From Candidatus Moraniibacteriota bacterium (GTDB taxonomy: Bacteria > Patescibacteriota > Minisyncoccia > Moranbacterales > UBA9337): DNA of 64,000 nucleotides. Made by a program: the position numbers and the translations under genes. The stretch covers positions 4,555-68,554 of the forward strand of contig JBAQFQ010000017.1 of assembly GCA_049287345.1 (NCBI GenBank). The letters run 5' to 3'. The notes under the pieces were generated by a model that saw nothing but the letters and a program-made list of their open reading frames with translations, was not told where the DNA came from and searched no databases. Within the stretch, counting starts at the first letter, position 1. Every line of letters begins with the position of its first letter. Of this stretch, positions 38,133 through 47,682 are shown piece after piece.

Positions 38133-39251
38133 ATGCTGAGAAAAATATTAAAATTAGATTGGATTTTAATTGGAGCAGTAGCTTCTCTTTTGGGTGTGGG
38201 CTTATTGGCGTTGTATAGTATTTCTGTGGCAGAAAAATCTACAGCAGAGATGACTTTTTTTGTTAAACAAATTGTGGCGGTAGCTATCAGTATTTTTCTT
38301 CTGATTATTTTTTCCTTGATGGATTATCATTATTTCCGTTTGCATAGTAAAATAATTTACTTCTTGATGATAATTTTATTATTAGTAGTTTTGGTGAAAG
38401 GCTCCTTAATTAGGGGGACGACTGGTTGGATTAGCATTGGTTTTTTTAATTTACAGCCAGTGGAATTTTCTAAGGTGTTGTTAATTCTATCCTTGGCTAG
38501 TTTTATTACAAAAAGTAAGGCAATGCTGGGTGAGGTTACTAGAATTATTGCCTCTTTTGCTATTGCGGGGGTAATTATCTTTTTAGTTTTAATGCAACCA
38601 GATTTTGGTAGTGCTTTAGTTCTGGTAGCGATTTTATTGATTATGCTCTTGTTATCGGGTATTGAGTGGAAGTATTTGGCGACCTTATTCTTTCTGGGAA
38701 TTTTGAGTTTGATTATGATTTGGTTTTTACTGGCTGACTATCAAAAAAACAGAATAGTAAATTTTGTTAATCCGGAAAACGATCCTCGCGGGAGTGGATA
38801 TAATGTGATTCAATCAATGATTGCCGTGGGATCTGGTGGCGTGATGGGCAAAGGTTTAGGACATGGTTCACAATCACAGCTTAATTTTTTACCAGAAAAT
38901 CACACCGACTTCATCTTTGCGGTAATTGTTGAAGAATTTGGAGTTTTTGGTGCAGGGGTGGTAATCATGCTTTTTTTGACAATTTTCTATAGATTAAAAA
39001 AGATAGCTGAAATGGCAATGGATAATTTTGGTTATTTAATTGTCACCGGGGCCATGGCGATGCTTTTTGTGCAAGTGCTAGTTAATATTGGTATGAATAT
39101 TGGGGTTATGCCAGTAACAGGTATCCCGTTGGTTTTTCTAAGTTATGGGGGGAGCTCTTTGATTGCCTCATTTATTTTGATAGGAATTGTGAACAATATT
39201 TTCTTGGTTAGTCAGCGAAATATTGAAAATAGGATAGATATGGAGCAATAA
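38133..39251 (+). CDS. SEDS-family peptidoglycan polymerase FtsW/RodA
   Basis: 10-TM profile; conserved FLPE..TDFIFAVI.EE.G segment. Confidence 0.85.
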   Translation: MLRKILKLDWILIGAVASLLGVGLLALYSISVAEKSTAEMTFFVKQIVAVAISIFLLIIFSLMDYHYFRLHSKIIYFLMIILLLVVLVKGSLIRGTTGWISIGFFNLQPVEFSKVLLILSLASFITKSKAMLGEVTRIIASFAIAGVIIFLVLMQPDFGSALVLVAILLIMLLLSGIEWKYLATLFFLGILSLIMIWFLLADYQKNRIVNFVNPENDPRGSGYNVIQSMIAVGSGGVMGKGLGHGSQSQLNFLPENHTDFIFAVIVEEFGVFGAGVVIMLFLTIFYRLKKIAEMAMDNFGYLIVTGAMAMLFVQVLVNIGMNIGVMPVTGIPLVFLSYGGSSLIASFILIGIVNNIFLVSQRNIENRIDMEQ

Positions 39252-39277
39252 TTATAGTTTACTGAGGAATAATTTTT

Positions 39278-39384
39278 AATCTACCTACGCCCAAGCTTCG
39301 GTAGACGAGCTCGTTTTGAGTAAATTCTCCACAGCTTGCTGTAAATAGGGCCCAGGGCTTGCCCCAGGAATGGACACCTTTTAT
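39278..39384 (+). repeat. Family-1 intergenic repeat, copy 4
   Basis: Same element as 8182..8287. Confidence 0.85.
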
Positions 39385-39492
39385 TTAAATTTTAACCAAG
39401 GGTGCTATATTGGAAATTGAATTAGGCTATTAGATAAGAGGATGGGTTTGAGTGGGGTTGATTATTAATATAATCTATGTATAATAGTTATT

Positions 39493-39792
39493 ATGAGAGA
39501 ACAAGAATATAATTTAAAAAATCTAGCCAAGTGTCCTTTGTGTAAAGCTAAATATGACCATTCGCAAGCTTTAGTTTTAGAGGAAAACAATGGCAGAAAA
39601 GTTTTTCATCTGAAGTGCGACAAATGTCAAACTGCAATGCTGGCTTTCATTATCGCTGATGGAAAGCAGGGGATGATTAGCCTGGGAATGGCGACCGATT
39701 TGAGCGCCAAGGAGGCAGTGGATATTTTTAAAAAAGTTCCTGTTAGTGAAGAAGAGGTTTTAAAAGTTTATAAGTATTTAAATAATAAGTAA
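39493..39792 (+). CDS. Small zinc-ribbon protein (CPLC...CDKC), hypothetical
   Basis: Two CxxC pairs 25 residues apart. Confidence 0.4.
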   Translation: MREQEYNLKNLAKCPLCKAKYDHSQALVLEENNGRKVFHLKCDKCQTAMLAFIIADGKQGMISLGMATDLSAKEAVDIFKKVPVSEEEVLKVYKYLNNK

Positions 39793-39859
39793 GAATGAAA
39801 TTGAATTTGCAGAGAAGATTGATAGTGGTTTTCTGTGAATGTATTTCGGTAAAAGATTT

Positions 39860-40516
39860 ATGCAAAGTGTAAATTTAAAAGCAGAGCTAAGAGATTTAAA
39901 AAAGGATAATCTAAATGACGAAAGAACAGCTGGAAGAATTCCAGTGGTTTTGTATGGTCAAGGTAAGGAAAACATCAATGTTTGGGTAAATAATATTGAG
40001 TTCGAAAAAGTATTTCAGCAAGCTGGTGAAAATACTGTGGTAGAATTATCTATTGCGGATGGAAGCAAAGAGAATGTTATAATCTACGATTATCAGACCA
40101 ACCCTCTAAGCGGTAAGATTAGACATGTTGATTTATTGAGAGTTAATATGAAGGAATCAATCGAGACAGAAATTCCTCTAGTCTTCATAGGAGAAGCTCC
40201 GGCTGTTAAAGAAAAGGGTGGAATTTTGGTGAAAGTACTTGATGAAGTGGAAGTGAGATGTCTTCCTGGTAATATGCCTCATGAATTCAATGTAGATTTG
40301 AGCAAGTTGATTGATTTCGAAGATAGAATTACCGTGGGAGATTTAGTAGCACCAGAAAATGTTGAAATTATAGATAACCCAGAAACTGTAATTGCTTCAG
40401 TGACAGAACCTCGTAGTGAAGAGGAGCTAGCTGGATTAAATGAAAAAGTTGAAGAGGATGTTTCAAAGGTTTCAGCAGTCAAAGAGAAGGTTGAGGAAAC
40501 AGAGGAAAAGAAATAA
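39860..40516 (+). CDS. rplY: 50S ribosomal protein L25 / general stress protein Ctc
   Basis: Two-domain Ctc form; RTAGRIPVVLYG motif. The track ORF starts 7 codons earlier. Confidence 0.8.
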   Translation: MQSVNLKAELRDLKKDNLNDERTAGRIPVVLYGQGKENINVWVNNIEFEKVFQQAGENTVVELSIADGSKENVIIYDYQTNPLSGKIRHVDLLRVNMKESIETEIPLVFIGEAPAVKEKGGILVKVLDEVEVRCLPGNMPHEFNVDLSKLIDFEDRITVGDLVAPENVEIIDNPETVIASVTEPRSEEELAGLNEKVEEDVSKVSAVKEKVEETEEKK

Positions 40517-40597
40517 TATATTCTTACAAGTAAAAATGAAAAATTTAAAAACTCCCCGATTGGGGAGTTTTTAAATTTCAGTGCAGAGATTTATTTG

Positions 40598-40669
40598 TAC
40601 CCCCACCAGGAATCGAACCTAGATCTTTAGCTTAGAAGGCTATTGCTCTATCCGTTGAGCTATGGGGGC
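40598..40669 (-). tRNA. tRNA-Arg (anticodon TCT)
   Basis: Manual cloverleaf: acceptor GCCCCCA/TGGGGGT, D stem GCTC/GAGC, anticodon loop CTTCTAA, T loop TTCGATT, discriminator A; CCA not encoded. Confidence 0.8.
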
Positions 40670-40725
40670 ATAGATGATCTAATTTTAAATTTAAAATTTT
40701 AAATTTAAAATTGCATTCGTACATG

Positions 40726-40798
40726 TGCGCCGTGGGGGATTCGAACCCTCGACCGTTTGCTTAAGAGGCAACTGCTCTACCAACTGAGCTAACAGCGC
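40726..40798 (-). tRNA. tRNA-Lys (anticodon CTT)
   Basis: Manual cloverleaf: acceptor GCGCTGT/ACGGCGC, D loop AGTTGGTA, anticodon loop CTCTTAA, T loop TTCGAAT, discriminator A. Confidence 0.8.
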
Positions 40799-41095
40799 AT
40801 TTTGTTAAATTTAAATTTTTTTGATAACTTAGAAGTCCTACAATAATCAGTAGATTATCTTAACTTAATTAACAATATAAAAGTATCAATAACATGGTCA
40901 ATAGTAGCAATAAAGAAGAAGTTAGTCAATAATATGGTCAAAGTGACAAGATTAGCATTATTTCATTTTACCAAAAAAGAGAGTAGAATGCAGATGCTAT
41001 AAGATTGTTGGTAATTGGGGTAGCTATAATATTAAGCCGAGATATATTTTAGACTATTAAATAAATAGACTAAAGTTTAAATTTTATTTAAATTT

Positions 41096-41791
41096 ATGAA
41101 ATTTTTTCTAAAAGATAGTAAAAATATCGTAGCGATAATATCGGAAAAAAAGGATGGATCCATGAAGCTCTCTGGAAGCTTATCGGCTGGAAAAAATAGG
41201 GACATCTTTTTAGCTAAAAATGAAATTAATGCTAATAATATTGTTTCGGCGAGGATGATTCATGGGAGTGCAGTGGGGGTAGTTGATAAGAAATCCCCTC
41301 GAGTAATTGAGGGGGTAGATTCTTTGGTGACTAGAGAGAAGATATTTTTAGCTATAACTGTGGCAGATTGTGTGCCGGTATATTTTTATGATAAAAAAAG
41401 TTCAATAATTGGTTTAGCTCATGCTGGTTGGCGGGGTGTAACCGGTGGTGTAATTGAAAATACGATGCAAGCATTAATCGGCCTTGGCGGGAGCAGTAGA
41501 GATATCTTAGTCACCCTAGGACCGGGCATAAAAGCTTGTCACTTTGAAATTAAGGCAGATATTTTGGATTGTTTTAAAAGATATCCAGATTTTATTTTTA
41601 AAAGGAATGATAAAATATTTGTTGATCTTTTCGGTATTATACAGACTCAGCTCTTAGTGTCTGGTATAAATAGTAATAATATTTCTGTTGTTGATGAGTG
41701 TACTTTTGAAAAATGCGATAAATATTTTTCTTATCGTCGAGATAAACCAAAAGAAGTGGAGGTGATGCTGGCAGTGATAGGGTTGAAGTAA
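41096..41791 (+). CDS. PgeF/YfiH-family (DUF152) purine nucleoside phosphorylase / peptidoglycan editing factor
   Basis: Conserved HAGWRG, C/H metal ligands (DCVPVYF; ACHFEI; ECTFEKC..YFSYRRD). Confidence 0.6.
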   Translation: MKFFLKDSKNIVAIISEKKDGSMKLSGSLSAGKNRDIFLAKNEINANNIVSARMIHGSAVGVVDKKSPRVIEGVDSLVTREKIFLAITVADCVPVYFYDKKSSIIGLAHAGWRGVTGGVIENTMQALIGLGGSSRDILVTLGPGIKACHFEIKADILDCFKRYPDFIFKRNDKIFVDLFGIIQTQLLVSGINSNNISVVDECTFEKCDKYFSYRRDKPKEVEVMLAVIGLK

Positions 41792-41932
41792 TTTAAAATT
41801 TTTAATTTTGAATTTTAAATCAATTTTTAATGACTAGATTTTTATTAACTGCATCATCAAATAATTAATTATTAAAAAATTAATATTTGACTCTAAATTA
41901 AAAAATTTGAAATTCAAAATTAAGCGATAGCG

Positions 41933-43189
41933 CTATAGGTTATTATCTTTCTTGTATTCCTTCCACTCTTTATCAGACCAATTTTTTGGTTTAGAGGTCA
42001 AGACTTCCCCTGGTTTAGGATAATCATTAGGGGAATTGTAGCTACTTTTAAAGTCTTCGTTAATGAGGATATTCCCTTGACTGTCTGCAACTTTTTGATA
42101 AAAAACGGTTTTCATTGCTCCATCGGGCTCTCTTGAAATGACACGTGGACCTTCTATTTCTACTTTACGCTCATCATTTGTGCCATAAAATTTAAAAACT
42201 AATGTTTTTTTAGCTACATCGAGCTCAGTTTTGATTAAAATATGTCCAGGGGTGTTATTGATAAAACGAAGATCAGGGCTAGGAATGTATACTGCGCTAT
42301 CCATACCTTGAGGTGCATAATAGTGAACCGGGTAAGCGTGATTTCTGCGTGCAGTTATTTCGAGTCCACTATAAATGGCGGCACGAAATGCAGTGGTGGA
42401 GACTTGGCAAACTCCTCCACCGAATTCTGGCTCAGTAACTCCCTTTTTAATAACAAGTTCTTGTTTGTATCCATGCTCACCATCGACTTCGCCTAGGGCT
42501 TTTACAAAAGAAAATTCTTCTCCTGGTTTAATAAGGAGGCCATCAAATCGGCTAGTAGCAACTTTAATGTTGTGAATTCTGCTAAGGGTTGAGCCAGTAA
42601 AATTAGAGGTGCCTTCTCCAATGAGCGTTTCAATACCTAATTTTCCAGCATCGTTAGCTTTGACAGTGGGCTCAATAATATCAAAAGAGAGCTTTATTCT
42701 ATTGGACTTTTCTGTTTGACTTAGGAAATTATTGATATCCTGGAGGCTTTTTTCTAAATCTAATCGATAGCCATTTTGACTTAGGGAGAAGTTGGAAACC
42801 TTATCTTCAACCACGTTAAAAGTAGCATCAATGGGCTCTTTATTAAATCGGCGAGCGATATCCTCTAAGAACAGGGTGGCATTTTTTTTATTTACTGTGC
42901 GGGATTCAATTTTTTTCCTAGTATGTTTGATTCTTTCAGGAATGGTTAGCTGGCAAATTATTTTTTCTGTAGTACAATAATTAGTATTTTCTATTTCAGA
43001 TAAGTAGTTGTCAGCAAAAATTAAAGTGGGTTGGGTAATTTCCCAACCATTGGTTTCTTCCTTGCTAATGGTGATTTCTTGGTCGGGAGTTACTATTATG
43101 ATGTCTTCACTAGCAAAACTAATCCCTGTAATAAAAAAGGGGAGAGTCGAGATTAATAGATATTTTATTGTCTTTAATTCTTTTGACAT
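41933..43189 (-). CDS. VanW-family protein, membrane-anchored
   Basis: VanW signature GGGVCQVSTT..RNH.YP; N-terminal TM. Confidence 0.7.
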   Translation of the reverse strand: MSKELKTIKYLLISTLPFFITGISFASEDIIIVTPDQEITISKEETNGWEITQPTLIFADNYLSEIENTNYCTTEKIICQLTIPERIKHTRKKIESRTVNKKNATLFLEDIARRFNKEPIDATFNVVEDKVSNFSLSQNGYRLDLEKSLQDINNFLSQTEKSNRIKLSFDIIEPTVKANDAGKLGIETLIGEGTSNFTGSTLSRIHNIKVATSRFDGLLIKPGEEFSFVKALGEVDGEHGYKQELVIKKGVTEPEFGGGVCQVSTTAFRAAIYSGLEITARRNHAYPVHYYAPQGMDSAVYIPSPDLRFINNTPGHILIKTELDVAKKTLVFKFYGTNDERKVEIEGPRVISREPDGAMKTVFYQKVADSQGNILINEDFKSSYNSPNDYPKPGEVLTSKPKNWSDKEWKEYKKDNNL

Positions 43190-43304
43190 GTCTTTTTTCG
43201 TAGGAGAGGTAAAAGTTTGTGGGCTATATATTAAGACAAAACTGCTAGAGATATTTATTTAGCAGTTTTGTTATTTTTTGAAATAATTTTGAGATAAAAA
43301 ATTT

Positions 43305-43868
43305 CTAGAATCCTCTAACTTTAATTTTTTTAGTTTTGTTTACATCTGCCTTAGGTAGACGGATAGTTAGAATTCCATTTTTTAAAGCTGCCTCAATTTT
43401 TTCTGAAATAACGTCTACTGGCAAAACAACTGAACGAGAAAAACTTCCCCAATAACATTCTTGGTAATAAAAATTTTCATCCTTAATATCTTCTTCAAAC
43501 TTGCGTTCGCCTTTTATAGTCACCATATCGTTATTGATGGAAACGTCCAAATCCTCAGGATTTACTCCGGCAATAGTTGATTTTATTACAATATCCTCAT
43601 CTGTTTGATAAACATCAATGGTTAACTGACCATCCCCGGATTCCTCTTGGTTGGTATTAATCGCTGTTGATTGAGAGGTGGAAGTGCCCCAATTGTTAGA
43701 AAAATCATCGTCATTGTCGATGTGAGAGCTCGGAATGGAGATGTCCTCCATCTCATCTTCCGTGGCGATATGCATGGGTCGAATAGAGTTTTCTGTATCA
43801 ATATCATCCTCAATGCGTCTGGAACCAATTAGTTTTTCCATAAATGATTTTTTCTCTTTTGTTGGCAT
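43305..43868 (-). CDS. Hsp20/alpha-crystallin small heat-shock protein
   Basis: Alpha-crystallin domain pattern (VTIKGERK..F.R...LP..V....I.A.L.NG.L.I..PK) with an acidic N-terminal extension. Confidence 0.8.
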   Translation of the reverse strand: MPTKEKKSFMEKLIGSRRIEDDIDTENSIRPMHIATEDEMEDISIPSSHIDNDDDFSNNWGTSTSQSTAINTNQEESGDGQLTIDVYQTDEDIVIKSTIAGVNPEDLDVSINNDMVTIKGERKFEEDIKDENFYYQECYWGSFSRSVVLPVDVISEKIEAALKNGILTIRLPKADVNKTKKIKVRGF

Positions 43869-43939
43869 AGTTTTATTTTTTAAAGTGTGTAATTAAAATT
43901 TAATATTATTGAACAATGTACAGTTAAATTATAGGATAT

Positions 43940-44533
43940 TTATTCGTTGGAGGCAAGTTTTTTATTCACAATCAAAAATCCATAAAAATTGATAATAATG
44001 AGTAAAATGGTTATAGAGAGGGTTATGGGTTGGCTATAATTTTCCAGGTAAATTATCGAATAATTATAAATTAGATGAATAATAAAATTAAAACTTAAAA
44101 TTTTGAAATTTAGACCACGATTTTCTTGGGTAGCGAGAAAATAACCTAGCGTCCCAAAGGTTAAAATGTGCAAGGGGGCAGTTTTAACTACGTCCAGTAG
44201 ATCAAAACTGATATGTTCGTAGATATTTTTTTGGTAAATGATATAGGCTTCTAGCAGTGAAAAACCAAGGCCACCAATCCAGGCATTAAATAAAAATCCT
44301 TTTCCATAAGAGAGGGGCAATATCTTTTTGAAAACAATTAAATATTTAAAAGATTCTTCAGTCAGTGCGTAGATAATTAAAAAGATAAAGGTTCCTAAAA
44401 AAGCTTGGTCAGTAGGGCTTGTTGCATAATCATTAAGTACAAACGAAATAATGATGAGTTGGAATAGCAAAGAAATTCCAGCGGTAATTATCCCCCAAAA
44501 GAAGGATTGCAAAGTGTTTTTAAAGTAGACCAT
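43940..44533 (-). CDS. Integral membrane protein (6 TM), hypothetical
   Basis: Hydrophobicity; 6 nt downstream of valS. Confidence 0.35.
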   Translation of the reverse strand: MVYFKNTLQSFFWGIITAGISLLFQLIIISFVLNDYATSPTDQAFLGTFIFLIIYALTEESFKYLIVFKKILPLSYGKGFLFNAWIGGLGFSLLEAYIIYQKNIYEHISFDLLDVVKTAPLHILTFGTLGYFLATQENRGLNFKILSFNFIIHLIYNYSIIYLENYSQPITLSITILLIIINFYGFLIVNKKLASNE

Positions 44534-44538
44534 TAGAT

Positions 44539-47235
44539 TTATTTTAATTTTTCTAAATATTTTTCCATTTCCTGAGCATTAAGTTGAGCTTGAGATAATT
44601 TTTCCTTTTCTTGATTGATTATTTGAGTAGGTGCTTTTTTTGTAAATTCTTTATTGGAAAGTCTCTGTGATAGGTTGGTTATATATTTTTGAAGATTTAC
44701 TAGCTCTTCCTGGATTCTCTGTCGCTCAGCGATTATATCAATTTCATTAATTAAATAAATTTCAATGCCGCCAACGATAGTGTATAGAGCTTCCTGGGGT
44801 TTTTCTCCTGTTTTTTCGATAATTAGCTCACCAACGCCTGTGCGAAGATTTTTAATTAGCGTGCCTTCATTTTTAATTAACTCATAGTCAGCCCCAGCAT
44901 AGATAATAGTTTTTAATTTTTTGACTGGTGGGATTTTATTTTCTGCGCGCAGGTTTCGAATAGCGGTGATTATCGCTTGAGTTTTCATAAATATGTATTC
45001 CTCCGCTTGGTTGTTATTATTTGCTGAGCCATTGTTTTTAGCTATTATTTCATCCCAATTTTTTGCAGTGGGCCAGTTTTCAATTAAGAGCAGATTGTCC
45101 TTATCAAGATTACCCCAGATTTCTTCAGTTACAAAAGGGATAAAGGGGTGCCAAAGTTTTAAAATATCTTCCAGGACTTTTCTTAAAATTATATTTTTTT
45201 CTGTTTGGTTATCTTCGAATTTAGCCACCTCTAAATACCAATCAGCGAAATCATTTTTGGTGAAATCTTGAATTTTTTCCCCCGCTAAAGAAAAATTATA
45301 TTTTTCTAAATCCGTAGTAACTTCATTAATTAAATCTTTAATTTTACTAATAATCCACTTGTCAGCATAGGTAAGATTTTTTTCTTCAATTTTTTCTTCA
45401 ACGGTAGCGTCTTCAATTTTGGCAATAACAAACCGACTAATGTTCCAAAGTTTGTTGATGAAATTGCGATAATTTTCCATTTTTTCTTCCCCAATGCGCA
45501 TATCATTGCCGGGAGTACTTCCCATCAGAATTGATAAGCGAATAGTGTCTGTGCCGAATTTTTCGATAACATCCAGAGGATCAATTCCATTGCCTTTTGA
45601 TTTACTCATTTTTTTCCCATCCTTATCCACAACCATTCCATGGAGGTAGACATTTTCAAAAGGTATTTCCCCTAGCGCAAAAAAACTCATCATAATCATA
45701 CGACTAACCCAAAGGGTTAAGATTTCATGACCAGTTTCCAAAACTTGGGTGGGGTGAAATTTTTTTAAATCACCTGTTTTTTGATTATTGGCAAAGTTTT
45801 CTGGCCAGCCCAGGGTGGAAAAAGACCACATCCCAGAGGAAAACCAAGTATCCAAAGAGTCTGGATCCTGTACTAACTCTTTGGCTTGGCAGCTCGGGCA
45901 GTGTTGAGGCTTCTCTTCGGCTACGGTGATTTCTCCACAGTTACAATAATAAGCAGGAATAGGGTGACCAAACCAAATTTGACGACTAATACACCAATCG
46001 TGTAAGTTTTCCATCCAATTTGAATATATTTTTGTAAAGCGATGGGGGATAAACTTTATCGCCTTAGTTTCTGCCGCCTCAAGAGCTTTTTCTTTTAATG
46101 ATTTATGGGATAATTTTTCCAGAGGCTTATCAACAGCAATGAACCATTGTTTTGATGGCAAGGGTTCAATAGCGGTATCGCAGCGGTAGCAAACAGATAA
46201 ATTGTTATTGAGAATTTCTTCTTTTTCTATTAAATTTTCCTCTTTTAATTTGATAACAATTAATTCTCTAGCTTCAAGAGTAGTTAAATTGGAAAATTCT
46301 CCATAGTGAGAGTGAATTCTTCCTGTTTCGTCAATAACTTTTTTTATTTCTAAATTATTATTTTCTGCCATTTTCCAATCAATCATGGAATGGGCAGGAG
46401 TAACACCCAAAGCGCCAGTTCCAAAATCCATAGCAACCTCTCGATCGGCAATTATTTTTATATTTAAATTTATGCCACAAAAAATTCCTGTAAATTCTTG
46501 CCCAATATATTTTTTGTATCTTTCATCTTTGGGATTAACTGCCACCGCAGTATCTCCTAGCTTTGTTTCTGGTCGGGTAGTGGAGATAGCAATAGGAAAA
46601 TCTTTCCAATAGCGAAAAGTGAAAAGCGTGGTTTCTTGATTTTTATGTTCCACCTCATCATCGGCTAAAGTACTGCTACACCTGGGGCACCAGTTTACAA
46701 TTCTTTCACCTTGATAAATTGCCCCGGCCTTATACATATCAACAAACATTTTGGTCACCGCCTTTTTTCTTTGTTCATCAAAAGTGAAAGCAGTTCTGCT
46801 CCAGTCTAGCGAGGAGCCCATTTTTTTGGATTGATGAAGAATTGTGGCTTGAGTTTCTTCTAAGAATTCCCAAACTTTTTTTAAAAATGATTCCTTGCCT
46901 AAATCATGTCTGGTGAGACCGGATTCTTTGAATATTTTTTTTTCAACTACATTTTGTGTGGCGATAGCAGCATGATCTGTGCCAGGTAACCAAAGAGTTC
47001 GGTAGCCCCCCATGCGATGAAATCGAATCATTAAGTCTTCAATAGCTAGCATGGCGCTGTGTCCAAGATGCAATTTGGCGGTGATATTGGGTGGTGGGAG
47101 CACAATGGTGTAGGTGGGCGCATCTTCAGTTAAATTTAAATTGTCTGGGTTAAAAAAACCAGAGTCTTCCCAGATTTTATATAGTCTATCTTCTACTTTT
47201 TTCGGATCGTATATTTTCGGTAATTCCTTGGACAT
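44539..47235 (-). CDS. valS: Valyl-tRNA synthetase
   Basis: HIGH-type motif LHLGH, KMSKS (KMSKSKGN), editing domain, C-terminal coiled coil. Confidence 0.95.
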   Translation of the reverse strand: MSKELPKIYDPKKVEDRLYKIWEDSGFFNPDNLNLTEDAPTYTIVLPPPNITAKLHLGHSAMLAIEDLMIRFHRMGGYRTLWLPGTDHAAIATQNVVEKKIFKESGLTRHDLGKESFLKKVWEFLEETQATILHQSKKMGSSLDWSRTAFTFDEQRKKAVTKMFVDMYKAGAIYQGERIVNWCPRCSSTLADDEVEHKNQETTLFTFRYWKDFPIAISTTRPETKLGDTAVAVNPKDERYKKYIGQEFTGIFCGINLNIKIIADREVAMDFGTGALGVTPAHSMIDWKMAENNNLEIKKVIDETGRIHSHYGEFSNLTTLEARELIVIKLKEENLIEKEEILNNNLSVCYRCDTAIEPLPSKQWFIAVDKPLEKLSHKSLKEKALEAAETKAIKFIPHRFTKIYSNWMENLHDWCISRQIWFGHPIPAYYCNCGEITVAEEKPQHCPSCQAKELVQDPDSLDTWFSSGMWSFSTLGWPENFANNQKTGDLKKFHPTQVLETGHEILTLWVSRMIMMSFFALGEIPFENVYLHGMVVDKDGKKMSKSKGNGIDPLDVIEKFGTDTIRLSILMGSTPGNDMRIGEEKMENYRNFINKLWNISRFVIAKIEDATVEEKIEEKNLTYADKWIISKIKDLINEVTTDLEKYNFSLAGEKIQDFTKNDFADWYLEVAKFEDNQTEKNIILRKVLEDILKLWHPFIPFVTEEIWGNLDKDNLLLIENWPTAKNWDEIIAKNNGSANNNNQAEEYIFMKTQAIITAIRNLRAENKIPPVKKLKTIIYAGADYELIKNEGTLIKNLRTGVGELIIEKTGEKPQEALYTIVGGIEIYLINEIDIIAERQRIQEELVNLQKYITNLSQRLSNKEFTKKAPTQIINQEKEKLSQAQLNAQEMEKYLEKLK

Positions 47236-47387
47236 AATTTGTAATAATATAGATATGTTATGTGTTTATCTTAGCAGGAGTAGGGATATTTTTCAAGAAA
47301 TTTTTCTGTAAGAATATTTGTAAGTAAAAAATAAAAGGGAGTTTTCTAATTAATTAATTAAAAAACTCCCCAAAGAGGCTGCTGGCT

Positions 47388-47636
47388 TTATTCATCGGTT
47401 TTTAACTCGCTATGGCAATTTTTGCAAATCCCATGACTTACCAGTCCTGAGGATTCGTTTGTTTGATGACGAGGCGTAAAGTACACCTTCTGTCCGTTTT
47501 TGTATTCCCCATAACACTTATCACAATAGCAACAAACTATAAGAATTTCTTCATCTTTGTTAGTCACAACTTCCCCCTTTTGTTTTAGATTATTATTAAC
47601 CATAAAGAACCAGGAGAATAATAATTTATTTTGCAA
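47388..47636 (-). CDS. Small Cys-rich zinc-binding protein (CCYCDKC...CKNCH), hypothetical
   Basis: Cysteine pattern only; followed on the minus strand by a hairpin + U-tract terminator at 47330..47375. Confidence 0.35.
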   Translation of the reverse strand: MQNKLLFSWFFMVNNNLKQKGEVVTNKDEEILIVCCYCDKCYGEYKNGQKVYFTPRHQTNESSGLVSHGICKNCHSELKTDE

Positions 47637-47682
47637 GAAATGTCTAATTTTTATTTTTGAGCCAAGAAATATTAAATTAAAT

